A stretch of 64,000 nucleotides of DNA, taken from positions 714,272 to 778,271 of the forward strand of contig CAWCKH010000003.1 of NCBI GenBank assembly GCA_963796055.1, read 5' to 3'. Below the pieces are notes generated by a model, which saw only the letters and a list, made by a program, of their open reading frames with translations, made no database searches and was not told the DNA's origin. The position numbers were made by a program, and so were the translations under genes. Position 1 is the first letter of the stretch, and each line of letters begins with the position of its first letter. This document shows positions 48,779 to 57,572 of the stretch, piece by piece. The stretch is from an uncultured delta proteobacterium (GTDB lineage Bacteria; Myxococcota; Myxococcia; Myxococcales; Myxococcaceae).

Positions 48779-49477
48779 ATGTCCCTGACCGAGCACCTCA
48801 AGCACGTCCTCCTGGACCTTCACGCGTCCTGGGTGATGTGGATCCTCATCGTCCTCTCTCTGGCCAGCGTCCTGGTCACCGTGGAGAGGGCGCTCTTCTT
48901 CCGGAGCATCCGGGACGACATCCGTGGGCTCTCCGGTGAGCTGGACGGGCTCCTCCGGGCGGGCCGCCATCGAGAGGCGCTCGAGCGGCTGAGCCGCTCT
49001 CCCTCCGCCGAGGCTGCGGCTGCCGCCGCGGGGCTGCGAAGCGCGGACCTCGGCCCGGTCGCTGCGGAGAAGTCCGTGGCCGGTGCGCTGGCTCTGGAAC
49101 GGAGCCGGATGGAACGCGGGCTGGCCTTCCTCGGGACGCTGGGGAACAACGCCCCCTTCATCGGGCTGCTGGGCACGGTCATCGGCATCGTGGAGGCCTT
49201 CGACGTCCTTGGACGTCCCGAGGCGCTCTCCGCGACGGGCTCGCTGGCCCCGCAGGGGATCATGAGCAGCATCGCCGAGGCGCTGGTGGCGACCGCGGTC
49301 GGCCTCTTCGTGGCCATTCCCGCGGTCGCCGCCTTCAACTACTTCCAGCGTCGCATCGCCACCATCATGGCCAGGAGCGAGGCGCTGACGAACGTGGTCC
49401 TGGCCCACCTCAATGCCGAGGCTCCTCCCGGGACGCCGAACGTCGAGGTCCGCCCGGCCGCGCGGAGGGCCGAGTGA
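48779..49477 (+). CDS. exbB: MotA/TolQ/ExbB proton channel
   Basis: LGTLGNNAPFIGLLGTVIGI and IAEALVATAVGLFVAIPA. Confidence 0.9.
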   Translation: MSLTEHLKHVLLDLHASWVMWILIVLSLASVLVTVERALFFRSIRDDIRGLSGELDGLLRAGRHREALERLSRSPSAEAAAAAAGLRSADLGPVAAEKSVAGALALERSRMERGLAFLGTLGNNAPFIGLLGTVIGIVEAFDVLGRPEALSATGSLAPQGIMSSIAEALVATAVGLFVAIPAVAAFNYFQRRIATIMARSEALTNVVLAHLNAEAPPGTPNVEVRPAARRAE

Positions 49478-49905
49478 TGGCCGCGTCCTCGCCAGACCAG
49501 AACACCATCAGCAGCATCAACGTCACCCCGCTGGTCGACATCACGCTGGTGCTGCTGATCATCTTCATGGTCACCGCCAAGCTGGTGGTGGCTCCCAACG
49601 CCGCGTTGAAGCTCACCCTCCCCAGGAGCAGCACCGGCGAGCAGGTCAGCCCCGTCTTCGCGGTGACCATGCCCCGGGACGGGACGGTCCGGGTGAATGG
49701 CCAGCCGGTCGTGGACGACGCCCAGTTCCTCCAGAGGGCGACCGCGGAGCGACAGGCCCATCCTGACCTGCGCGCGGTGATCCAGGCCGATGGAGAGGTG
49801 ACTCACGCCCGGGTGGTCCACGTGATGGACCTGCTGGGTCGTGCAGGAGTGACCCAGATCGCCTTCGCGGTCACGCTCGAGCGCGGGGCAGCGGGCGCCC
49901 GATGA
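49474..49905 (+). CDS. exbD: ExbD/TolR protein
   Basis: INVTPLVDITLVLLIIFMVT and IQADG. Confidence 0.9.
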   Translation: MMAASSPDQNTISSINVTPLVDITLVLLIIFMVTAKLVVAPNAALKLTLPRSSTGEQVSPVFAVTMPRDGTVRVNGQPVVDDAQFLQRATAERQAHPDLRAVIQADGEVTHARVVHVMDLLGRAGVTQIAFAVTLERGAAGAR

Positions 49906-50705
49906 GCGGTCGCCCTCGGCGGCGAAGGAGCCTGCTCCACCGGGTGGTCCTGCTCCCGGGGCCACCTGGGGCCGCATACGAGGCCGCGGAGGCGCTCGGG
50001 AGCGCCGAGCTCCGCAGACGGGTAGGTCTCGCCCTGGCAGGAACGCTGCTCTTCCACGCAGCCCTGGCCGGTCTGGCCGTCTGGGGCGACATCGCCCACG
50101 ACAGGCGGCCCCCGCCGCCGACCACCACCACGGCGGTGACGCTGGAGCGGATCCCGCCGGCTCCGGCCCGGGAGTCCCCGCCACCGCCGCCTCCGCCCGC
50201 TCGCCCGATCCATAGGGCACCACCGGCGGCGGCCCGGGCCGGAGGGGTGGTGACCGCACCCGAGGATCCGAACAAGCCGCTGGATCTCACGCAGTTCGAC
50301 ATGCCGGTGGGGAGGAGCGAGAGCTATGCCGGTGGCTTCACCGCGCCCAGCGGGACCAGCCAGGTGGCGGTGAACGATCCTCGCGCCCGGCCGCACGGGG
50401 TGGTCGGCGGGACTCCGGGCGGAAGTCTGGCCCGTCAAGCCAGTCCTGCCCGGAAAGACTGGGCCTGCCCCTGGCCGGACGAGGAACAATCGTCGGATCT
50501 GCGCGAGGCGCGGGTGTCGGTCCGCATCCAGGTGGATCGCGACGGCGCTGCACAGAACATCCAGGTGCTGCAGAGCCCCACTCCGGCCTTCGCCGTGGCT
50601 GCCCGGGTCTGCGCCCGCTCGGAACGGTTCTCTCCGGCACGTGATGATGCCGGGCAGTCCATTCCCGGGACGATTACCTCGCTGTCCATCCACTTCGTTC
50701 GATGA
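49902..50705 (+). CDS. tonB: TonB-like energy transducer
   Basis: TM segment with His, Pro-rich linker and C-terminal TonB domain (VRIQVDRDG...RFSPARD). Confidence 0.8.
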   Translation: MSGRPRRRRSLLHRVVLLPGPPGAAYEAAEALGSAELRRRVGLALAGTLLFHAALAGLAVWGDIAHDRRPPPPTTTTAVTLERIPPAPARESPPPPPPPARPIHRAPPAAARAGGVVTAPEDPNKPLDLTQFDMPVGRSESYAGGFTAPSGTSQVAVNDPRARPHGVVGGTPGGSLARQASPARKDWACPWPDEEQSSDLREARVSVRIQVDRDGAAQNIQVLQSPTPAFAVAARVCARSERFSPARDDAGQSIPGTITSLSIHFVR

Positions 50706-53212
50706 CCCGAGCCATCCTGCTGTTGAGCAGCGTGCTGGGTACCGCCGTCCTGGCACAGTCGGTCACCCCGCCCCAGGTGGTGGAATCTCCACCGGCCGAG
50801 TACCCGATCGGAGCGAACACGAGCGCGACGGTCGTGACCCAGGTGACGGTCGACGCGACCGGACACGTGACCAGCGCCGAGATCGCCGAATCGGCCGGCA
50901 AGGCCTTCGACGACGCGGCGCTGGCCGCAGTTCGGAGATGGACGTTCCGGCCCGCGCTTCGCGACGGGCAGCCCTTCGCCGCGCGGATCCGGATCCCGTT
51001 CCGCTTCGAGCCTCCGGTGGCTTCGACGCCCCCGGCGCAGACCGATGCGGGAACACCGTCTCTCCCAGGCGGCGCCGAGGCTGCACCGGTGGTGACTCCC
51101 GTGACGTCGCCCGCAGAAGGTCCCGCCACTCCTCCCCCGTCCGGCGAGGTCACGGTGCGCGGGACCCGCCGAGTGGAGCGGGGCGGAAGCGACTTCCAGA
51201 TCGAGATCGGCAAGCTGTCGGTCGTGACCAGGAGCGGAACGGCCAGCGATGTGCTCCTTCTCGCCCCCGGCATCTTCATCGCCAACGAGGGCGGGGAAGG
51301 ACATGCGGACCAGGTCTTCCTTCGTGGCTTCAACCTCGAGCAGGGTCAGAGCCTCGAGTTCACCGTCAACGGCGTTCCGATCAACGACGTCGACAACCCG
51401 GACGGCCACGGCTACGCCGACTACCACTTCATCATCCCCGAGCTGGTGAAGAACCTCCGGGTGATCGAGGGCCCATTCGATCCCCACCAGGGCGACTTCG
51501 CCGTGGCCGGAAGCGCGGACTACCAGCTGGGGGTGGTCGAGCGCGGCATCCGACTGCAGGGAGGGCTGGGGAACTACGGAACGAAGCAGGCCCTGGGCAT
51601 CGTCGCTCCCCCTGGTGAGCGAGAAGGAACGTTCCTCGGGGTGAAGTACGAGAGCAGCGACGGCTGGGGGTCGAACCGCGCCTACTCGTACCTGAGCGCG
51701 ATGGGCCAGTACGAAGGCGAGCTGGGCGAGCGCGGGCTCTGGCATCTGCTGGCGACCGCTTACTCCGACCACTACCGGAGCGCCGGCGTGGTCCGGCGGG
51801 ACGCCCTCGACACCGTCGGCTTCTACGGCACGTTCGATCCGAGCCAGGGAGGCGATGCCCAGCGCTACACGCTCGCCGCGGACATCCTCTCGCCGGTGGG
51901 CGGGGGAACGTTGACCCAGCAAGTTTTCCTCACCTACCGCTCCCACCGGCTGGTGGAGAACTTCACCGGATTTCTCGAGGACGTTCAGGAGATCGGCCAG
52001 AGCCTGCACGATCAGCGAGGCGATGCGCGCCAGCAGGCCTACAACGCCATCGTCGCCGGCGCGCGGGGGAGCTATCGCGCTTCCACCACCCTGCTCGGGC
52101 AGGAGCAATCGCTCGAGGTCGGCTACTACGCGCGCTACGACCACGTCACGCCGCAAGCTCAGCGTCTTCGCTTCGGAACGCAGATTCCGTACAAGACGGA
52201 GGACGACTTCGTCGACGACATCTTCAACCTCGCCGGCTATCTCGACCTTGACCTCCGGCCGGTGTCCTGGTTCTCGCTCCGCGGCGGGCTCCGCCAGGAA
52301 TACTTCTCGTACAACGTCCTCAACCAGTGCGCGACCTCGGGCAACTACACCCGCGGCCAGCCTCTGGACGTGGACTGTCCGCCCTACGACCGCGCCGGAC
52401 CGCGCCTCCCGGAGACGCGGGTCTCGGCGAGCGGCAGCGTCCTCGAGCCGAAGCTCACCGCCTTGGCCCGGGTCCACCCGTGGATCACCCTGACCGCGAG
52501 CTACGGCATCGGCGCGGCCTCGTCGGACGCCCGGTACGTCTTCCAGAACAGCGAGTCGCCGTTCTCGAAGCTCCAGGCGGCGGAGGGTGGGGTGCTCTTC
52601 CACCACCAGTGGACCGATCTCGACCTCTCGGCGCGGGCGGTGGGGTTCTGGACCCACGTCGACCACGATCTCATCTTCGATCCCCAGCTCGGTCGTCTGG
52701 ATCAGACCAACGGGACGACCCGGAAAGGCTTCGTGGGCGCCCTGCGAGCCACCGGCCGGTTCATCGACGAGAGCGCCTCTGTCACCTACGCCTACGCGAC
52801 CTACGACGACACGGGCCTTCTGGTCCCGTACGTGCCTGCCTGGGTCGCGCGCTCGGACACGTCGCTCTTCGGGCCGTTCTTCGGGCTGCGGATCCGCGAC
52901 CAGCCCATCACCGGGACGCTGGGAGTGCGCCTCAGCTACATCGGCTCGCGAGCGTTGCCCTTCAGCCAGACTGCACCCGGGAACTTCGTCGTCGACCTTC
53001 ACGCCACGCTCCGGTGGAGCTTGCTGGAGCTGGGGGTGAACGTCTGGAACCTCTTCAACCGGCAGTACGCGCAGAGCGAGTTCTTCTATGCCTCGGATTT
53101 CCACACGCGGCAGTACGCGACCCTCGCTCCGGCGTCTCACTTCACTGCCGCGGCCCCGCGCACGTATCTACTGACTCTGGCCCTGATCTTCGACCAGGAG
53201 ACTCGCCGATGA
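50702..53212 (+). CDS. TonB-dependent receptor with N-terminal TonB-C domain
   Basis: FDDAALAAVRRWTFRPA, plug GHADQVFLRGF...GHGYADYHFIIPE, and C-terminal VWNLFNRQY...PRTYLLTL. Confidence 0.9.
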   Translation: MTRAILLLSSVLGTAVLAQSVTPPQVVESPPAEYPIGANTSATVVTQVTVDATGHVTSAEIAESAGKAFDDAALAAVRRWTFRPALRDGQPFAARIRIPFRFEPPVASTPPAQTDAGTPSLPGGAEAAPVVTPVTSPAEGPATPPPSGEVTVRGTRRVERGGSDFQIEIGKLSVVTRSGTASDVLLLAPGIFIANEGGEGHADQVFLRGFNLEQGQSLEFTVNGVPINDVDNPDGHGYADYHFIIPELVKNLRVIEGPFDPHQGDFAVAGSADYQLGVVERGIRLQGGLGNYGTKQALGIVAPPGEREGTFLGVKYESSDGWGSNRAYSYLSAMGQYEGELGERGLWHLLATAYSDHYRSAGVVRRDALDTVGFYGTFDPSQGGDAQRYTLAADILSPVGGGTLTQQVFLTYRSHRLVENFTGFLEDVQEIGQSLHDQRGDARQQAYNAIVAGARGSYRASTTLLGQEQSLEVGYYARYDHVTPQAQRLRFGTQIPYKTEDDFVDDIFNLAGYLDLDLRPVSWFSLRGGLRQEYFSYNVLNQCATSGNYTRGQPLDVDCPPYDRAGPRLPETRVSASGSVLEPKLTALARVHPWITLTASYGIGAASSDARYVFQNSESPFSKLQAAEGGVLFHHQWTDLDLSARAVGFWTHVDHDLIFDPQLGRLDQTNGTTRKGFVGALRATGRFIDESASVTYAYATYDDTGLLVPYVPAWVARSDTSLFGPFFGLRIRDQPITGTLGVRLSYIGSRALPFSQTAPGNFVVDLHATLRWSLLELGVNVWNLFNRQYAQSEFFYASDFHTRQYATLAPASHFTAAAPRTYLLTLALIFDQETRR

Positions 53213-53967
53213 AGCGGTCCCTGCTCAGCAGTGCCCTGCTGCTTCTCGTGTCTTGTGGAAACACCACCGGCGGCGCACTCATTCACCTCCCGTTCACGGT
53301 CGGTGGACTGGAGCGGCCTGCGGCCGGGCCCCTGTCATTTGCCACGCCACTTGGATGGACGGTGACGCTCGACGAGGCGCGGATCTCCCTCGGCCCCTAT
53401 TACTTCAACGTCAGTCCGCCCTCCGGCGCCGAGATCCGGACCGGAATCGTGATCGTCCAGGCGACGCAGCAGCTGGTGGTGGATCCCCTCGACCCGACGC
53501 TGGTCCCGATCTCGGATGGTGCCGACGGCCAGACCGGCACTGCGGTGGCGGTGGAGATGGGCCTCCTTCCCCCCGATCCCAGCCAGTCCCAGGACGCGCA
53601 AGATCTGCTCGGTCAGTCGGAGGCCTACGTGCGCGGGACCGCCACCAGGGCGGGGGTGACGGTGCCGTTCGCCGGGTTCGTGACCATCGACATCAGTCAG
53701 GCCAGCCCGCAGAAGCCCCCCGAGGCGCTCCAGCGAATCATCGGTTCCTTCGCTCCGTCGCTGATCTTCACCGCGACGCCCCAGCAGCTCGTGCTGCGGG
53801 TCGATCCCGGCCCCTGGTTCGATACCACCGACTTCTCGCAGCTCCTCGGCTCGACACCGGATTCGGCCGGGAACTACACCTGGGACAACAAGACCACCTT
53901 CCATGCGCAGTTGCTCCAGGGAATGCAGACGCTGACCGGATACGTGTTCACGCTCTCGCCGCAGTGA
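53209..53967 (+). CDS. Lipoprotein associated with the TonB-dependent receptor
   Basis: ATGA overlap, lipobox LVSC, GWTVTLDEARISLGPYY. Confidence 0.8.
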   Translation: MKRSLLSSALLLLVSCGNTTGGALIHLPFTVGGLERPAAGPLSFATPLGWTVTLDEARISLGPYYFNVSPPSGAEIRTGIVIVQATQQLVVDPLDPTLVPISDGADGQTGTAVAVEMGLLPPDPSQSQDAQDLLGQSEAYVRGTATRAGVTVPFAGFVTIDISQASPQKPPEALQRIIGSFAPSLIFTATPQQLVLRVDPGPWFDTTDFSQLLGSTPDSAGNYTWDNKTTFHAQLLQGMQTLTGYVFTLSPQ

Positions 53968-53979
53968 AGGGGCTCTCCG

Positions 53980-54891
53980 ATGCACGAAGTGACTCTTGAA
54001 CCCTGGATGCACCCGCATCGCTTCCTCGGCGCGCGGCATGACGAGCATGCCCGCCGGACGCGATGGGTCGTCGTGCTGACGTTCGGGATGATGGTGGTCG
54101 AGGTTACGGGCGGCCTCTGGACCCACAGCATGGCGCTGCTGGCCGATGGCCTGCACATGTCCACCCACGCGCTGGCGATCGGCATCGCTACCCTGGCCTA
54201 CGGCTACGCCAAGCGACACGGGCAGAGCGACCGGTTCGTCTTCGGGACCGGCAAGGTGGGAGACCTCACCGGCTTCGCGAGTGCCATCCTGCTCGGGGTG
54301 GTGGCGGTTGGAGTGGCCGTCGAGAGTGTCCAGCGGATGATCCATCCCGTGTCCCTCGCCTTCTCGGAGGCGCTGCCAATCGCCTGCGTGGGCCTGGCCG
54401 TCAACCTCGTATCCGCCGCACTCCTGCACGACGAGGACGAGGGCGAGCACGACAACAACCTTCGTTCAGCGTACGTGCATGTCGTGGCGGACGCCGCCAC
54501 CTCGGTGCTCGCCATCGGCGCGATCCTCGGAGTGCACTACCTCGGATGGCGCTGGCTGGACCCGGCCATGGGCCTCGTCGGAGCAGCGCTGATTTCCAGC
54601 TGGTCCTTCGGCCTGATGCGTCGCGCAGCCGCAGTCCTGCTCGACCTCGCCGTCGCGCCGGAGCTGGCGGGACAGATCCGGACCAGGATCGAGCGGGGAG
54701 ACGTGCGGATTAGCGATCTGCACGTCTGGAGAGTCGGCCCCGGCCACCACGCAGCCATCGTCTCCCTCGTCACGCACCAGGCCACCAGCGCGGATCGCTT
54801 CAGGCAGGCGCTGGCGGACCTCCCCGCCCTGAGCCACCTCACGGTGGAGGTCCAGTGCTGCGAAGAGGCTCTGCCGGTCGGGCCGGGATGA
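53980..54891 (+). CDS. dmeF: CDF metal efflux transporter (DmeF-like)
   Basis: SMALLADGLHMSTH, FVFGTGKV, NLRSAYVHVVADA and DLHVW. Confidence 0.88.
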   Translation: MHEVTLEPWMHPHRFLGARHDEHARRTRWVVVLTFGMMVVEVTGGLWTHSMALLADGLHMSTHALAIGIATLAYGYAKRHGQSDRFVFGTGKVGDLTGFASAILLGVVAVGVAVESVQRMIHPVSLAFSEALPIACVGLAVNLVSAALLHDEDEGEHDNNLRSAYVHVVADAATSVLAIGAILGVHYLGWRWLDPAMGLVGAALISSWSFGLMRRAAAVLLDLAVAPELAGQIRTRIERGDVRISDLHVWRVGPGHHAAIVSLVTHQATSADRFRQALADLPALSHLTVEVQCCEEALPVGPG

Positions 54892-55035
54892 CCGCTGCCG
54901 CCCCGGAGGCGCGGACCGGCCTCCGGGTCAGCAGGCTCAGCCCGAGGAGGAGCGCGAGTGCAGGCAGTGGCGCGCTGCCGAACGCGCGAGCCGTAAACGC
55001 CTGAGAACGCGCCGTCACCCTGCAGTCAACTGTCA

Positions 55036-55075
55036 GCGATGTCTTGACTGGTTCCGCGATGTCTTGACTGGTTCC
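55036..55075 (+). repeat. Perfect 20-bp tandem direct repeat GCGATGTCTTGACTGGTTCC x2
   Basis: 55036-55055 is identical to 55056-55075. Confidence 0.95.
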
Positions 55076-55105
55076 GGTTCAAGTGTGCCGAGGGGTCCGT
55101 CCGGC

Positions 55106-55130
55106 TTGACAGCGGGTTCTAATTAGAATC
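55106..55130 (+). promoter_or_regulatory. Putative promoter/operator of the regulator-xis-int module
   Basis: TTGACA at 55106-55111, followed by the palindrome TTCTAATTAGAA (55117-55128) just before GTG 55141. Confidence 0.55.
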
Positions 55131-55140
55131 TACTTACTTT

Positions 55141-55473
55141 GTGGGAAGGACCCCGCTTCCGAAGGACGAGGCTCTCCAGCCGCTCAACGTGAAGGTCCCG
55201 TCCGAGGACCTCTACTTCGTGCAGGAGGTCCTCAGGCCGGCCCTCGGGGTCTCGTACAACGCCGAGGCCGTACGGGAAGTTCTGGTCCAGCTCCGGACCT
55301 GCTTCCGCCTCCCCCAGTACGTCGTGGACGTCCTGGAGGCGGAGATGAAGGCCAAGAAGCTCAACATCCTAGGCTACGTCCAGGAGCTGCTCCTTCGCCG
55401 GTACGAGGCTCTTCGCGACGGCAGCACCCCACAGGTCACGAGCCGGCCAGTGGGTGGACGTCGAGCCCGCTAG
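55141..55473 (+). CDS. Small element-associated regulator, possibly tandem ribbon-helix-helix
   Basis: LNVKVPSED and TCFRLPQYVVDVL are strand-helix patterns; a conserved fragment occurs at 44696. The fold is an inference. Confidence 0.7.
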   Translation: MGRTPLPKDEALQPLNVKVPSEDLYFVQEVLRPALGVSYNAEAVREVLVQLRTCFRLPQYVVDVLEAEMKAKKLNILGYVQELLLRRYEALRDGSTPQVTSRPVGGRRAR

Positions 55474-55547
55474 GCTGGCTCGTTTGGGAGGGCTGGAGGC
55501 CTGATGGAACTCCCGAGCGAGTGCTGGGAGAGAAAGCGAGGCGCCGG

Positions 55548-55808
55548 ATGAGCCAGCGCGGACTGCCCACGCCCGAGGAACTCGTCGACGCGCCGGAACC
55601 CGAGGGCGAGCTCGCGACTGTAGGGGAGGCAGCCCGCTTCCTGCGCGTTTCGAAGAGCTGGCTCTACGCCAAGGCGGCCGAGAATGCCGTTCCGCACGTG
55701 AGCGTCCTCGGCCGACTCCGGTTCCACATGCCGACGCTCCGGGCCTGGGTGCTCGGGCGATCCGAGCCGCGCGGAACCGTGCTTCCCTTCACCAGGAACG
55801 GACCGTGA
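55548..55808 (+). CDS. Excisionase-like HTH_17 protein
   Basis: ATVGEAARFLRVSKSWLY...VPHVSVLGRLRF; immediately upstream of int. Confidence 0.8.
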   Translation: MSQRGLPTPEELVDAPEPEGELATVGEAARFLRVSKSWLYAKAAENAVPHVSVLGRLRFHMPTLRAWVLGRSEPRGTVLPFTRNGP

Positions 55809-55848
55809 GTCAGCCGCTCGAGGTGTCATTGGCGGGAGGAGAACGGCG

Positions 55849-57420
55849 GTGGCCTACCAGCGCCAGGACTTGAAGGGACGGAGCCGCTGGATCGCCCAGT
55901 GGACTGACCCGGGTACGGGCCGACTCCGGCAGAAGTCGGTCCGGGCGAAGGACAAGCGGGAGGCGGATCGGCTCGAGTTCGAGCTTCAGCGCCATGCGCA
56001 ACGACAGCGCGAGGGCCTCGAGCCGCTCGGCTCGGACACGGGCGGCGCGACGGTCGGTCGCCTCTTGGAACGCTGGCTCACCGCGAAGCAGCATGCACCA
56101 TCCGCCGCGCGCGACGCCAGTGCGGTGCGGAAGCACCTCCTCGCCTCGGCCCTGGCGGACATCGTGGTGGCGCAGCTCAAGGCGTCGGACGTCGAGAACT
56201 TCCTAGACGAGAAGCTCGCGGCGGGGCTCGCCCCGCAGACTGTGAACCACCTCCGGGGGTACGTGTCGCGCGCATTCAGCACCGCGCGGCGCAAAGGCTG
56301 GTGGACGGGCGTGAACCCGATGGCCGACGTGCAGCGCAAGCCAGTCCCCAAGGGCGTGGTCGGGGACTACCTCCGCGTCAAGGAGGTGCCGCTCGTCCTC
56401 GGGCAGCTTGCGCGACGCTGGCGGCCGCTCTTCGCCGCAGCGCTGTACACGGGGCTGCGAAAGGGCGAGCTCCGGGCGTTGCGGAAGGAGGATGTGGATC
56501 TGGAGCGTGGCCTCATCCTCGTCCGGCGCTCAGGAGCGCGGGCGACAACGAAGGGCGGGCACGCCGACGCCATCCCCATCCACCCGGAGCTCGTGCCCTT
56601 CCTACGGCACGCCATCGACAGCTCGCCAAGCCCGCTCGTCTTCCCAGGGCACGACGGCGGGATGTTCGCCGAGGACACCGACCTGGCGGCGGTGCTGCGC
56701 CGGGCGATGGCCCGGGCGGGCCTCGTTACGCACTGGACGCACGTCTGCCGGCGGAAGCGCTGCGCGCACCGGGAAGACGCGGCGGACACCGGCCAGCGGC
56801 GCTGTCCGGAGCACCGCTGCCTGCTCTGGCCGAAACCGCACGTGCGGCCGATTCGTTTTCACGATCTCAGGCACTCGGCAGCGAGCCTGCTCTTCATGGC
56901 CGGCGCGGACGCGGTGGCCGTCCAGAGGCTTCTCCGGCACCGCGACCTCCGGCTCACGACCGAGACCTACGGCCATCTGGCTCCCGGCTATCTCCAGGCC
57001 GAGCTCGGCAAGCTGCGGCTCCTCGGCGAAGCGAAGACGGCGGAGCTCGTCCCGCGGGCCGCCGTCGCGAACGCCTCCCGCACGGCAGATTCACGGCAGA
57101 ACGATCCGGACGACTGCCCGCCCGGCGGAGGCGGCGGGATTTCCGCCCGTCTTCCGGGCACTTCGACTGAGCGGGAGACGGGGGTCGAACCCGCGACCCT
57201 CGGCTTGGGAAGCGCATCGGCGGCGATTCCGCCACTTCCACCGGTTCAGACCGGTTGCGCCCGGGTCGTCATTCCGTGGGGTTGGCGACGGCACGGGCGG
57301 CTGACCGCCTTCTACCGGCTCCACTGGTTCCACCGGATCCGCTCCCGTTTGCTTCACCGCTTGCTTCAGGGGTCTGGGGGCAGAGCCCCGTGCGGCTCGG
57401 CGAGGCCCGGCGCCTCATGA
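55849..57420 (+). CDS. int: Tyrosine integrase, Mx8/Mx9-like, with the att core inside the ORF
   Basis: YTGLRKGEL, TTKGG, FHDLRHS, LRHRD and TYGHL; Cys/His insertion; reads through the tRNA-Gly core (ERETGVEPATLGLG). Confidence 0.93.
   Translation: MAYQRQDLKGRSRWIAQWTDPGTGRLRQKSVRAKDKREADRLEFELQRHAQRQREGLEPLGSDTGGATVGRLLERWLTAKQHAPSAARDASAVRKHLLASALADIVVAQLKASDVENFLDEKLAAGLAPQTVNHLRGYVSRAFSTARRKGWWTGVNPMADVQRKPVPKGVVGDYLRVKEVPLVLGQLARRWRPLFAAALYTGLRKGELRALRKEDVDLERGLILVRRSGARATTKGGHADAIPIHPELVPFLRHAIDSSPSPLVFPGHDGGMFAEDTDLAAVLRRAMARAGLVTHWTHVCRRKRCAHREDAADTGQRRCPEHRCLLWPKPHVRPIRFHDLRHSAASLLFMAGADAVAVQRLLRHRDLRLTTETYGHLAPGYLQAELGKLRLLGEAKTAELVPRAAVANASRTADSRQNDPDDCPPGGGGGISARLPGTSTERETGVEPATLGLGSASAAIPPLPPVQTGCARVVIPWGWRRHGRLTAFYRLHWFHRIRSRLLHRLLQGSGGRAPCGSARPGAS
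57168..57211 (-). repeat. att core copy 3 (3' half of tRNA-Gly CCC)
   Basis: Identical to 45129-45172; no tRNA 5' half adjacent. Confidence 0.92.
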
Positions 57421-57572
57421 CCGTTCACGACGCGGCAGAGCGGCTCCGGGTGCGGCCGGTGACGGTGTACCGGCTTTGTGCGCGAGGCACCCTGCCCCAT
57501 CTGCGCGTCTCCAATGCCATCCGCCTGCGGGTCGAGGACCTCGAGGACTTCATCCGCAGAGGTGGGCGGTGA
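57417..57572 (+). CDS. Excisionase-like HTH_17 protein of element 3
   Basis: MTVHDAAERLRVRPVTVYRLCARGTLPHLRVSNAIRL; paralogue of the HTH in 45166-45492; ATGA overlap with the int stop. Confidence 0.7.
   Translation: MTVHDAAERLRVRPVTVYRLCARGTLPHLRVSNAIRLRVEDLEDFIRRGGR

Larger units (their letters stand above)
45129..57211. mobile_element. Integrative element 2 (about 12 kb; TonB/CDF metal module; intact integrase core)
   Basis: Flanked by identical 44-bp direct repeats; regulator-xis-int at the right end; matching CACGGCA repeat pairs inside both ends. Confidence 0.88.

Noticed and set aside
45129..57211. Prophage or conjugative ICE
   Set aside because: No capsid, terminase, tail, relaxase or type IV secretion genes are visible; only the recombination module and cargo.
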